A stretch of DNA of 29,820 nt from Candidatus Binatia bacterium (GCA_036398075.1 DASWHT010000265.1:1-29820), one strand, 5' to 3'; positions 8,071-17,142 are shown, counted from the first letter of the stretch. Program-made: numbers and translations. The notes: a model not told the origin generated them from the sequence alone.

Positions 8071-9723
8071 ATGTTCAAGCGTATTAGAATCGCCAGTCGT
8101 GTGGGTCTCGGCTTTGCTTTGATCATGGTCATGATGGGAGTTATGGCGGTGGCGGCGTATTGGGCAGTGAGCAAGGTCGAGAGCTTTTCGGTCCAGGTGA
8201 TCAAAGGCGACGCCGAAGTGGCCGAACGTGCGGCGTGGAACGTGGCTCACAGTTTGGGCCTGCGCCGCTTTGAAAAAGACGTCTTTTTTAACATCGGCCA
8301 TCCGGCAAGAGTGGAGGAGAGTATCAAAAAATGGATCGAGCAGCGCGTCCTGATGGAAAAGAGTATCGAAGCCATTGATCATTACTCCCATCGTGACTAC
8401 GACAAATATACTACGGCGGCTATGCGCCGGGAACTTGTGGCGTACGCGGATGGTTTTCTCAAAATCGCGGAACAGGTTAGAACCGGAGCCATCAAAAAAC
8501 CGCAAGACGCGAATGATGCTATTGAAAGTTATAGTCCGATTATGGGCCGGCTGGAAAAAATCGCAATGGACATGGCCCGAGAATATAAACAGAAGCTGAG
8601 CGCCAGCGAGCAGCATTTGGCAAGTTATGTCGCACAAACCATCCAAATCATGCTTGCTCTGCTCGGCGCCACCGCCGTCATGATTGTCGTCATCACTCTG
8701 GGTGTGTCGCGCAGTATCACCGAGCCGATCAACGGACTCGTGGAGCGCTTGCATGATATTACCAAAGGCGATGGGGACCTTACCAAACGCTTGGATGTGA
8801 ATTCCCGAGACGAGATCGGGGAGGTTGCGCAGCTGTTCAACTCTTTCATGGGTAATCTCTCGCAGGTTATTGGAGAGGTGCGCAACGCCTCCAACGGATT
8901 GGCGTCCGCTTCGGCGTTGGTCTCCTCATCGGCCCAGACGCTGTCCCAGGGGACCAGTGAACAGGCGGCGTCGGTGGAGGAGACCACCGCGAGTTTGCAG
9001 CAGATGAATGCCTCGATCACGCAAAACGCTGAAAATAGCCGGCAGATGGAGCAGATGGCTCTCAAGGGCGCCAAGGACATGGAGCAGAGCGGCAGAGCGG
9101 TGGCGGAGTCGGTGGAGGCGATGAAGACGATAGCGGAAAAGATTACGATCATCGAAGAGATCGCTTATCAAACCAATCTGTTGGCCTTGAACGCGGCCAT
9201 CGAGGCGGCCCGTGCGGGAGAGCACGGGAAGGGGTTCGCGGTGGTCGCCGCCGAGGTGAGCAAGCTAGCGGAACGGAGTCAGGGCGCGGCGCAAGAAATT
9301 AGTGCGTTGGCAGCCTCCAGCGTCAAAGTAGCCGAACGCTCCGGCGAGCTTCTGCGGGAGCTGGCGCCGGCAATCAGGAAGACGGCCGAGTTGGTGCAAG
9401 AGGTAGCCACGGCATCACGTGAGCAGTCCGCTGGAGTAGCACAAGTGAACCGCGCCATGACCCACGTGGATCAGGTAACCCAGAGAAACGCTTCGGCCGC
9501 GGAGGAATTGTCAAGTACCGCAGAAGAAATGGCGTCCCAAGCTGAGACTCTCAAGTATCTCATTAGTTTCTTCCAAATAGATTCAGCCAAGGGGCTCCAG
9601 ACCGGCAACGCGGCGCCGGCGAGCCGGAGAAACCCAACCTTTGAGTTCCACCAGCCGCGCAACGCCGTGCGAACGGACCAGCGTGCCAGCGGAGGGGACC
9701 AAGAATTCAGGCCTTGGGCTTAG
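8071..9723 (+). CDS. Methyl-accepting chemotaxis protein (two TM helices, helical periplasmic sensor, HAMP, 34H-type signalling domain)
   Basis: TM1 about aa 10-32, TM2 about aa 192-212, HAMP ([19 protein letters not shown]), hairpin tip [30 protein letters not shown]. The QNAEN-to-QTN segment is 7 aa shorter than in E. coli Tsr (36H). Confidence 0.96.
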   Translation: MFKRIRIASRVGLGFALIMVMMGVMAVAAYWAVSKVESFSVQVIKGDAEVAERAAWNVAHSLGLRRFEKDVFFNIGHPARVEESIKKWIEQRVLMEKSIEAIDHYSHRDYDKYTTAAMRRELVAYADGFLKIAEQVRTGAIKKPQDANDAIESYSPIMGRLEKIAMDMAREYKQKLSASEQHLASYVAQTIQIMLALLGATAVMIVVITLGVSRSITEPINGLVERLHDITKGDGDLTKRLDVNSRDEIGEVAQLFNSFMGNLSQVIGEVRNASNGLASASALVSSSAQTLSQGTSEQAASVEETTASLQQMNASITQNAENSRQMEQMALKGAKDMEQSGRAVAESVEAMKTIAEKITIIEEIAYQTNLLALNAAIEAARAGEHGKGFAVVAAEVSKLAERSQGAAQEISALAASSVKVAERSGELLRELAPAIRKTAELVQEVATASREQSAGVAQVNRAMTHVDQVTQRNASAAEELSSTAEEMASQAETLKYLISFFQIDSAKGLQTGNAAPASRRNPTFEFHQPRNAVRTDQRASGGDQEFRPWA

Positions 9724-9755
9724 AAATAGGTGTAGGATTTGCGAAGAACGGGGGA

Positions 9756-9817
9756 GGATGAGAATGAAGGATGAAAGCCGAACGCAGTAGACGGGAGTCA
9801 GAATTCAGAAGACAGAG
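9756..9817. repeat. Degenerate REP-like remnant (GGATGAA units plus cagaattcagaa unit)
   Basis: ggatgagaatgaaggatgaa then gagtcagaattcagaa; the same two unit types recur at 22701-22766. Confidence 0.45.
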
Positions 9818-9870
9818 ATCGGAAAGAATGGGGGGCGATCGGAGACGATGAACATTAGGAGAAGTCAACG

Positions 9871-10353
9871 ATGAAGGCGGCGGAAAACGTCGGCGGGCAT
9901 GGTCAGTACATGACCTTTCAATTGTCGGGGCAGGAATATGGCCTGAGTATCATGCAGGTGAGAGAGATCATCGGATATCGTAGCCTAACCAGAGTGCCGC
10001 AGACGCCACCGTTTATTCTGGGCGTGATCAACTTGCGCGGCAATGTCGTGGCGGTGCTGGACCTGGCACTACGATTCGGCCTGACCCCGAGCCCTATTAC
10101 GGGGCGGACCTGCATAATCATCGTGGAGGCGAATTTGACGGGTAAACCAGTTCGCACGGGGATTCTCGCCGACTCGGTCAGCAAAGTTTTGGAACTTTCC
10201 CCCGACGAAATTTTGCCGGCGCCGGCGTTCGGTACCCGAGTGCGGGAGGATTTTTTGCGTGGCGTTGGTCGGGTCGGGGAAACGTTTGTTCTGTTGCTCG
10301 ATGTCAACAAGGTGTTGCTGAACGGCGGGCTCCCCACGAGCGCCGCGGCCTAG
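9871..10353 (+). CDS. cheW: Chemotaxis coupling protein CheW
   Basis: RBS AGGAG; QYMTFQLSGQEYGLSIMQVREII, TRVPQTPPFILGVINLRGNVVAVLDL, GILADSVSKV. Confidence 0.96.
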   Translation: MKAAENVGGHGQYMTFQLSGQEYGLSIMQVREIIGYRSLTRVPQTPPFILGVINLRGNVVAVLDLALRFGLTPSPITGRTCIIIVEANLTGKPVRTGILADSVSKVLELSPDEILPAPAFGTRVREDFLRGVGRVGETFVLLLDVNKVLLNGGLPTSAAA

Positions 10354-10373
10354 CGAGGTTTTCGCGTTAGCCC

Positions 10374-11264
10374 ATGATTCTGATTACAGACCAGGAATTC
10401 AGCCTATTTCAGAAGCTGATTCATCAACAGGCGGGTATATACCTTTTGCCCGCAAAAAAACCGTTGCTGGAAGCGCGGCTCGGCAAGCGCATATTTCACT
10501 TGGGTCTGGACTCGTTTACGGCGTACTTCAATTACCTGCTAGAAAACTGGGATGAGGAAATCGCTGAAATGCTTGACCGCGTTTCGACCAATGAAACGCA
10601 CTTTTTTCGCGAGCCGCGGCAATTTGATTTTTTATCCCGGCTCGTTGTTCATGATTGGACGGCGCAGGCCGACGCCGGATTGCGTCCACGACATATGCGC
10701 GTGTGGAGCGCCGGCTGTTCGACCGGCGAAGAGCCCTATTCCCTGGCCATGATTCTCTGGAATAATTTCCCGCCGTCGGCGGGATGGGAGATCGAGGTTC
10801 TCGCCACAGATATATCGAACCGGGCCCTCGAACGGGCGCGACAAGCCATTTGGCCCATTGAAAAGGCAAAGAACATTCCCGATGCATACCTCAAGCGCTT
10901 CATGTTGAAAGGGACGGGAGCGCAATCGGGAAAAATGAAGGCGGGAGCGGAAATTCGCTCGGTGATCCGTTTTGAACGGCTCAATCTTAACGACACGGTC
11001 TATCCGGTGACAAGCCTCTTTGACATCATTTTGTGCCGCAATGTGCTGATCTATTTTGACGATGCCCATAGAGCCCGAGTCGCCGATCGGCTGCTGGAGC
11101 ATCTTGCCACCGGCGGCTTTTTTTTTGTCGGACATGCGGAACAATTGAACGGCCTGATGCATAAAATTTTGAATATTTCGCCAACGATCTATGTTCGCGT
11201 CGGCCGAGGGGAATTCGGCATTATGGGCGGCGTGCCGCGCCAGGAAGCGAGCGGCGTTCGATGA
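10374..11264 (+). CDS. cheR: Chemotaxis methyltransferase CheR
   Basis: STNETHFFRE, RVWSAGCSTGEEPYSLAM, ATDIS, FDIILCRNVLIYFD, VGHAE. Confidence 0.97.
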   Translation: MILITDQEFSLFQKLIHQQAGIYLLPAKKPLLEARLGKRIFHLGLDSFTAYFNYLLENWDEEIAEMLDRVSTNETHFFREPRQFDFLSRLVVHDWTAQADAGLRPRHMRVWSAGCSTGEEPYSLAMILWNNFPPSAGWEIEVLATDISNRALERARQAIWPIEKAKNIPDAYLKRFMLKGTGAQSGKMKAGAEIRSVIRFERLNLNDTVYPVTSLFDIILCRNVLIYFDDAHRARVADRLLEHLATGGFFFVGHAEQLNGLMHKILNISPTIYVRVGRGEFGIMGGVPRQEASGVR

Positions 11265-12367
11265 ATAGTGACACCGTCAATCCTTTGCATGTTCTAGTCG
11301 TTGATGACTCGGCCGTTGTGCGCGAAGTCATGAACGCCGTGCTCTCACAAGAGCGGGGAATTATCGTCACCACGGCCGCCGACCCCATCATTGCCATGAC
11401 CAAGATGGCCAGGCAGCGACCGGATGTCATTCTACTCGACCTGGAAATGCCGCGAATGAGTGGGCTGGCTTTTCTCCGAAAGCTCATGACTGAAAGCCCC
11501 ATTCCCGTAGTTGTATGCTCCGCCCACGTTGGCGAGGAGACCGCTCTCGGGTTACAGGCGCTGGAAGAGGGCGCCATTGACGTGGTGGCAAAACCAAACT
11601 TAGGGGTGCGCGAGTTTCTCCACGAGTCGGCGGTTCTTCTGATCGATGCCGTACGCGCGGCGGCCAAATCCAACGTGAAACTCCGTCGCCCCGCGAGCGC
11701 AACGGCGTCGCCGGCACTCAGCGCTGATGCGGTCCTGCCGGCAAGAGCCACCTTGGCGCCGGCGCTGAACAGCGAGAGGATCGTCGCCATCGGCGCATCC
11801 ACAGGCGGAACGGAGGCGTTGCGCGTGCTCCTCGAAGCCATGCCCGAGGACGCCCCGGGGTTCGTGGTGGTCCAACATATGCCTGAAGGCTTTACCGCCG
11901 CTTTCGCTAAACGCCTCAGCAAAACCTGCAAGATCCACGTAACGGAAGCTGCTCAGGGGGATGCGATCGTCAACGGGCGGGCGCTAATCGCCCCTGGCAA
12001 CCGCCATACGCTGGTGCGCCGCAGTGGCACCACCTATTACGCCGAGGTGGTCGATGGACCTCTCGTTGCGCGCCACCGGCCCAGTGTCGATGTGCTGTTT
12101 CGCTCAGTGGCCCAGACTGCCGGGCCGAACGCCGTCGGTGTGATTTTGACTGGTATGGGCAGTGACGGCGCGCGCGGCCTGCTGGAGATGAAACGAGCGG
12201 GAGCGTTGACTATTGCCCAAGACGAGCAGACCTGCGTCGTATTCGGAATGTCGAAGGAAGCCATCGGCTACGGCGCGGTCCGCAACATCGCATCCTTGCA
12301 ACAGATTCCAGGGATAATTCTAAGCGCACATCATGGCGCTTGGCGGGTGGCGGGAAACGCGCCGTAG
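11261..12367 (+). CDS. cheB: Chemotaxis response regulator/methylesterase CheB
   Basis: Receiver (VVDDS, LLDLEMP) plus esterase triad motifs GASTGG, QHMP, GMGSDG; ATGA overlap with cheR. Confidence 0.97.
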   Translation: MNSDTVNPLHVLVVDDSAVVREVMNAVLSQERGIIVTTAADPIIAMTKMARQRPDVILLDLEMPRMSGLAFLRKLMTESPIPVVVCSAHVGEETALGLQALEEGAIDVVAKPNLGVREFLHESAVLLIDAVRAAAKSNVKLRRPASATASPALSADAVLPARATLAPALNSERIVAIGASTGGTEALRVLLEAMPEDAPGFVVVQHMPEGFTAAFAKRLSKTCKIHVTEAAQGDAIVNGRALIAPGNRHTLVRRSGTTYYAEVVDGPLVARHRPSVDVLFRSVAQTAGPNAVGVILTGMGSDGARGLLEMKRAGALTIAQDEQTCVVFGMSKEAIGYGAVRNIASLQQIPGIILSAHHGAWRVAGNAP

Positions 12368-12517
12368 GTTTTCTGGCAAGGCGGAAAAATTCCCGACAGC
12401 CAGGATCGAACCAAAGTGACGAGCATTTTCAGCCAAAGGGGTATCGAAAGTGAGCAAACGCTCCCGCTCGCACCGAGTCGCAAGGCGTTTGGGAGAATTT
12501 TCCCGTCGCGGATCGAC

Positions 12518-12544
12518 TAAATTCGTTTGCGCCGCTGCCGATAT
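12518..12544 (+). promoter_or_regulatory. sigma28 (FliA) promoter of the cheY-cheX-like operon
   Basis: TAAA-N15-GCCGATAT, near-perfect match to the consensus TAAA-N15-GCCGATAA. Confidence 0.8.
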
Positions 12545-12597
12545 ATTTGGATGAGTCACTGTGGGTGCTAGCGCCATCGGAAGAAGGAGAACTTCGA

Positions 12598-12990
12598 GTG
12601 AGCAACACAAAAGCTGTGAAAGTTCTGGTAGTTGACGATTCGAAAACAATGATTGCAATGATTGCCGCGCATCTCAAAGACACTGGCTTCGAGGTCGTGG
12701 CGACGGCGTCGAGCGGACGAGAAGCGCTGGAAAAATATCAGGCGCATAGACCGCAGGTCGTTCTTTTGGACATCGTAATGCCGGTTGAAAACGGCGTGGA
12801 AACGCTGGAGCATATCCTTCACGTGGACACCGCCGCCTGCGTGGTGATGGTCAGCTCCATGGGCACCGAAGCAGAGGTGCAGGATTGCTTAAAGAAGGGC
12901 GCCAAGAGCTTTCTGCAAAAGCCATTGAAAAAAGACCACATGCTTTCAACTCTAAATATCGTCTGCCAGGAGACCGGGGTGGCGCTATGA
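12598..12990 (+). CDS. cheY: CheY-like single-domain response regulator
   Basis: Start revised to GTG 12598 (RBS AAGGAG at 12584-12589); VLVVDDS, LLDIVMP, VSS, FLQKP; ATGA overlap with the CheX-like gene. Confidence 0.88.
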   Translation: MSNTKAVKVLVVDDSKTMIAMIAAHLKDTGFEVVATASSGREALEKYQAHRPQVVLLDIVMPVENGVETLEHILHVDTAACVVMVSSMGTEAEVQDCLKKGAKSFLQKPLKKDHMLSTLNIVCQETGVAL

Positions 12991-13844
12991 GCTCAAGATT
13001 CTTCGGTCAATACCTTCTGGAAAAAGGGCGGATCACCTCGCAGCAGCTGTCCTCGGCGCTGGACACCCAGAAGGCCGCGACGCCGCCCATCGGTATCCTG
13101 GCGCTTGAAAAAGGCTGGCTGACGGCGGAGCAGATCAAGCAGATTCTCGATCGGCAAAAGAAAACCAACTACCGCTTCGGTGAACAGGCAGTTTTGTCAG
13201 CTCTGCTCACGCAGACTCAAGTGGACGAATTACTGGGCGCGCAGGAGACAAGTCACCGAGTCTTGCTCGGCGACGTGCTGGTGTCGAAGGGCTATTTGAC
13301 CCTTGCGGCGCTGGAAAAAGAGTTCAAGGAATACGATAAAGACGAGGAAAAACTTTCTTTCGAACTTGCGGCTGCCTTCGACAAGGTGCGCAACAGAGAA
13401 CTGGTCAAGACCTTCACCGACTTGATGATGATCATGTTCACCCGTTTCGCCAAGCAAGAGCTCAAAATCGAACAGTGCGAGACCGGGAAAGAGAAGGTCC
13501 GGCTGTTTCGCTGGGTATTCTCGCAAAAGATCGCAGGCAAGAATGTCGAATTCAACTGCCTGCTCTCCGTACCGCCGAAACTTTTGCTGCACATGGCTTC
13601 TACGATGCTGGACGAAACGGTTAGCGCGCCCGACGAACTGGCCCTCGATGCGAGCAAAGAATTTGTCAACATCGCCAACGGCAATGCCTGCGCCCGGCTC
13701 TCGGAGAACGGTTTTAACTTTACCATGGAGCCGCCCGAAGTCTATGAGACAACGGCCAAACCCTATCCATTTAATGCCAAGGATGTGGTTTGCGTGCATC
13801 TGGCCTCGCCCGATGCGAAATTGGAAGTCGCCTTTGAGTTCTGA
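12987..13844 (+). CDS. CheX-family phosphatase with four N-terminal MshEN-like repeats
   Basis: Start revised to ATG 12987. Repeats with Gly at aa 7/36/65/95 (FFGQYLLEKGRIT..L..AL..Q and similar); C-terminal DASKEFVNIANG containing the CheC/CheX E-x-x-N motif. Confidence 0.82.
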   Translation: MSSRFFGQYLLEKGRITSQQLSSALDTQKAATPPIGILALEKGWLTAEQIKQILDRQKKTNYRFGEQAVLSALLTQTQVDELLGAQETSHRVLLGDVLVSKGYLTLAALEKEFKEYDKDEEKLSFELAAAFDKVRNRELVKTFTDLMMIMFTRFAKQELKIEQCETGKEKVRLFRWVFSQKIAGKNVEFNCLLSVPPKLLLHMASTMLDETVSAPDELALDASKEFVNIANGNACARLSENGFNFTMEPPEVYETTAKPYPFNAKDVVCVHLASPDAKLEVAFEF

Positions 13845-13989
13845 GCCGGCGCAAAGAACGCAGCCAAGACAAGATTAATCACAGGGGAAACATAGATCAC
13901 TTAGAAAGGGAAGATAGAGGATAGATAGACGGCAGAATTCCCAAGATCGGATTCAAGAGCCCGAAACTTCAAACTCGAAACCAATTCCC

Positions 13990-14005
13990 TGGCACCATCC
14001 TTGCT
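13990..14005 (+). promoter_or_regulatory. sigma54 promoter of fliM-fliN
   Basis: TGGCAC-CATCC-TTGCT, perfect consensus. Confidence 0.85.
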
Positions 14006-14051
14006 CAACTCCTCGCAGCGAGCGCATTGATCAATATTTTTCACCTCCTGG

Positions 14052-14089
14052 CGCATTTGAATTGACGAAGCAGCGCCAAGGTATTGACG
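14052..14089. promoter_or_regulatory. Candidate tandem activator sites downstream of the fliM sigma54 promoter
   Basis: CGCCA-AGGTAT-TGACG (14074-14089) and a weaker CGCAT-TTGAAT-TGACG 22 bp upstream. Confidence 0.4.
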
Positions 14090-14122
14090 GTGGAAGCGGT
14101 TGCGCCCCGGCGCGGGAGAGAA

Positions 14123-15157
14123 ATGGCACAGGTACTTAGTCAAGACGAGATAGACGCGTTATTGAATGGCGTTGCTAGCCAGCAATTTCCGACGACCGAG
14201 AGCACGCCGACAAAAGGCGAGAGCGCACCGGATAAACACCTGGCGCAGACCAGCGCCGGCGCCAACGACGCCAAGCCGTACGATTTCACCCGCAGCGAGA
14301 CGACAACCCGCGGCCGTTTGCCCGGGCTAGAAGTTATCCTCAATGATTTCGCGCGTCGCCTCCAGAGCATGTTCGCCACGGAGTTGGGAAAGTCGGTGGA
14401 CGCGAGCTTCGAGGGCATGGAAGTGGTCACCTACGAAAGCTTGATCCAGAGTTTTCCGTTGCCGGCCAGTATTCACGCGATCCGGCTGGAACCGCTGCGC
14501 GGCATCGGCATCCTGGTCATCGAGGCGCGTTTGGCTTTTGCCATGGTCGAGCTTTTTTTCGGCGGTAGCGGCCAGAAGGTAATGAAGGTCGAAGGGCGTG
14601 ATTTTACACCCATCGAGAACAAGTTTCTTGGCAAATTCGTCGAAAGAATGCTGCGCGGCATGGAAGAGTCGTGGCAGTCGGTGGTCCAGCTTCAGGGGCG
14701 TTATCTGCGTACGGAGCTAAATCCCTATCTGCTGAATGCAGCGGGCCCTGGGGATCCCATGATTCTGGCGACCTACACCGTTAACATGTCGCCCATCAAC
14801 GGCACGGTGCTGTTTACCTTGCCGCTAGCCGCGATCGAAGAGTTCCGCTCGCTGCTCAAGACTGGGGTCGCCATCGGAGACGATCCGGATAACATCGGGC
14901 TATTTCGCCGGGTGCAACAGCAGGTCGGCGAAATCGAGCTTGAAGTACAGGCGGTGGTTGATGTGGTAGAGATGACCCTGGGCGATATCATGGGGCTTCG
15001 GGCGGGAGACGTGATTCAAATGAACTCGCCGGGCTTGGATCAGGTGGAACTCTGGATCGAAGGGAAACGGAAATTTCTCGGTAAGGCGGCGCAACGCGGC
15101 GGCAACAAGGTGTTCGTGGCGAAGGAAAAATTGGAGCCGCGTCCGGCGTCGCGATAA
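14123..15157 (+). CDS. fliM: Flagellar motor switch protein FliM
   Basis: Start revised to ATG 14123; N-terminal LSQDEIDALL CheY-binding motif, PYDF, C-terminal SpoA domain. Confidence 0.96.
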   Translation: MAQVLSQDEIDALLNGVASQQFPTTESTPTKGESAPDKHLAQTSAGANDAKPYDFTRSETTTRGRLPGLEVILNDFARRLQSMFATELGKSVDASFEGMEVVTYESLIQSFPLPASIHAIRLEPLRGIGILVIEARLAFAMVELFFGGSGQKVMKVEGRDFTPIENKFLGKFVERMLRGMEESWQSVVQLQGRYLRTELNPYLLNAAGPGDPMILATYTVNMSPINGTVLFTLPLAAIEEFRSLLKTGVAIGDDPDNIGLFRRVQQQVGEIELEVQAVVDVVEMTLGDIMGLRAGDVIQMNSPGLDQVELWIEGKRKFLGKAAQRGGNKVFVAKEKLEPRPASR

Positions 15158-15177
15158 CTCTAAGGACGGTGAATCTT

Positions 15178-15483
15178 ATGGCTGAACTCGAAATGGAAAA
15201 CAACAAAAGTGGCGGGGGGGATCAGGTCGATCTATCGCTCCTGATGGATGTCCCGCTGCAGGTGACGGTGGAATTGGGGCGCGCGCGCATGACCATCGAA
15301 AGTCTCCTCAGACTCAATCAGGGTTCGGTGATTGAATTGAACCAAGTGATCGGCGAACCGCTGGCTATCCTGGTTAACAATAAGCTCATGGCCCACGGAG
15401 AGGCGGTGGTGGTCAGGGAGAAGTTCGCCATCCGTATCGTCGACGTCGTGAGCCCGGAGCGGCGCATCGAGAATCTACGGTAA
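15178..15483 (+). CDS. fliN: Flagellar motor switch protein FliN
   Basis: LSLLMDVPLQVTVELGRARMTI..LLRL.QGSVIEL, VNNKLMAHGEAVVV..KFAIRI; ATG 15178 fits RBS AAGGA. Confidence 0.96.
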   Translation: MAELEMENNKSGGGDQVDLSLLMDVPLQVTVELGRARMTIESLLRLNQGSVIELNQVIGEPLAILVNNKLMAHGEAVVVREKFAIRIVDVVSPERRIENLR

Positions 15484-16278
15484 CGCTTTTTTGTTTTTGC
15501 CCACATTTTTCTCCAGATTGCGGATTAGGATGCTGATGCGGCGGTTCTCCGAGCTATATGGGTCGTCCGGCACGCTCAGCTGGCGGTCCGCGTAGCCCGC
15601 GACTTTTTCCACCCGTTCCGAAGGCAGCCCCAGCTCTTCCAGGGTGCGGCGTGTATTGAGGGCGCGCTCGGTGGAGAGGTCCCAGTTCGAATAATACTTC
15701 TCGCTCTTAAACGGCCGCGCGTCGGTGTGGCCGCTGATGACGACTTTGTTGGATGCATCCTTGATTTCCTTGACGATGGCGCTCAGGACCTTGCGCATGA
15801 GCGGCTTGACCGCCGCGCTGCTCAGATCGAAAAAGGCTTGCTTGTCCTTGTCGATGACTTCGATTAACAGGCCCTCATCAGTGATTTTGATCGGCACCTG
15901 GTCGGAGATATCGGCTAAATCCTTCAAGCCCGCCAACCCTTCTTTAAGGTGCATCTGTAGAACTTCCATTGAGGGTGCTTGAATGATGCCGGAGCCTAGT
16001 TTGTCCTCGCCGCCGTCCGGAATGATGCCGCGCGATCCGCTAAAAACACCGGGTTCGCGAAAGTAGTGGGCAATGACGGCCTTTTGTTGACTGTTCGAAG
16101 CGCCGAGCAGCCAGAGTACGAGAAACAGGGCCATCATGGCGGTGACGAAGTCGGCGTAAGCGACTTTCCACGCTCCGCCGTGGTGGCCGCCGTGGTGGCC
16201 CTTGGCCTTTTTGATGATGACCCTAGGCTTATCCTCCTTGCCGTGGGACTGGGCCTGCTTGCTGCCTTTTCCAGCCAT
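15475..16278 (-). CDS. motB: Flagellar stator protein MotB
   Basis: HHGGAWKVAYADFVTAMMALFLVLW (ion-binding Asp); OmpA-like domain ISGHTDA, NWDLSTERA, NRRISI. Confidence 0.97.
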   Translation of the reverse strand: MAGKGSKQAQSHGKEDKPRVIIKKAKGHHGGHHGGAWKVAYADFVTAMMALFLVLWLLGASNSQQKAVIAHYFREPGVFSGSRGIIPDGGEDKLGSGIIQAPSMEVLQMHLKEGLAGLKDLADISDQVPIKITDEGLLIEVIDKDKQAFFDLSSAAVKPLMRKVLSAIVKEIKDASNKVVISGHTDARPFKSEKYYSNWDLSTERALNTRRTLEELGLPSERVEKVAGYADRQLSVPDDPYSSENRRISILIRNLEKNVGKNKKALP

Positions 16279-16284
16279 AAACGA

Positions 16285-17142
16285 TTATTCCTTCTTCCCA
16301 CGGCAGGCGTCTTCGAGCTCTTGAGCGGAGGGCCGTTCGGTGCTGAAGACCACTCGACGGGCGTATTCCACAGCGATGATCGGCGCGGCGCCGTGGAGAT
16401 AGGCGAGGATACCCGTCTTGATGCACTCCAGATATTTCGCTTCTTCCGCCAGCAAAATTTCCATTTTCTGAACCAGCGGCTGCAAAACACCATAACAAAC
16501 TAAGATGCCGATGAAGGTTCCCACCAGGGCCACGGCGATCTTATGTCCAAGTATTTCGGGGCCCTGGTCCATAGCGCCCATGGCGATGATAACGCCCAGA
16601 ACGGCGGCGACGATGCCGAGCCCCGGAAAAGCGTCAGCGGTCTTGGCTAGCACGCTAGCGGGGAGCCTCCCTTCTTCTTCATGGGTGGCGATTTCCTCGT
16701 CCATGAGCTGAGACAGTTCCTCGGCGTTGGCCGAGCCGCTGATGACCAAGCGCAAAGAGTCGAGAAACATGCTTTTGGCGGCATGGTTGCCGATGAACCT
16801 GGGATACTTTTTGAAAATTTCGCTGTTGGCGGGATCGTCAACGTCTTTTTCCAGCGCCATTTCGCCGCTTTTGCGCATCACCGAAAAAACCTCGTAAAGC
16901 ATGGCGAACAGCTCCATGTAATCGGCCTTGGTATAGCCGTTGCCACCGATGGCGGCCTTCAGGTTTTTCAGAATCGCCGCTAGAACTTTGATCGGTGTTC
17001 CCACCACCAGCGCGCCGATGCCCGCGCCGCCGATGATGAGGAACTCCACCGGCTGGTTGAGAATACCAATCGCTCCGCCTTCCATGACGAAACCGCCGAT
17101 TACGGCGCCAAAGACAATTACGTATCCTATAATGGACAACAC
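16285..17142 (-). CDS. motA: Flagellar stator protein MotA (E. coli-like long type)
   Basis: EFLIIGGAGIG, DSLRLV, ADAFPGLGIVAAVLGVI, ALVGTFIGILVCYG, AVEYARR, RPSAQELE. Confidence 0.97.
   Translation of the reverse strand: MLSIIGYVIVFGAVIGGFVMEGGAIGILNQPVEFLIIGGAGIGALVVGTPIKVLAAILKNLKAAIGGNGYTKADYMELFAMLYEVFSVMRKSGEMALEKDVDDPANSEIFKKYPRFIGNHAAKSMFLDSLRLVISGSANAEELSQLMDEEIATHEEEGRLPASVLAKTADAFPGLGIVAAVLGVIIAMGAMDQGPEILGHKIAVALVGTFIGILVCYGVLQPLVQKMEILLAEEAKYLECIKTGILAYLHGAAPIIAVEYARRVVFSTERPSAQELEDACRGKKE

Noticed and set aside
7858-8754. 298-aa minus-strand ORF and other long antisense ORFs (for example 24477-25223, 11221-11931, 21321-22061)
   Set aside because: Fully antisense to well-supported genes; typical shadow ORFs of GC-rich coding DNA, with no domain motifs.
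12547-12986. Longer track starts for cheY (12547) and the CheX-like gene (12885); likewise 14084, 18688, 19006, 20745, 25823
   Set aside because: These extensions overlap promoter motifs or upstream genes and lack an RBS; downstream starts fit RBS, coupling and domain boundaries.
14026-14042. IHF site between the fliM sigma54 promoter and downstream boxes (GATCAA-TATT-TTT)
   Set aside because: Two mismatches to WATCAANNNNTTR; too weak to call.
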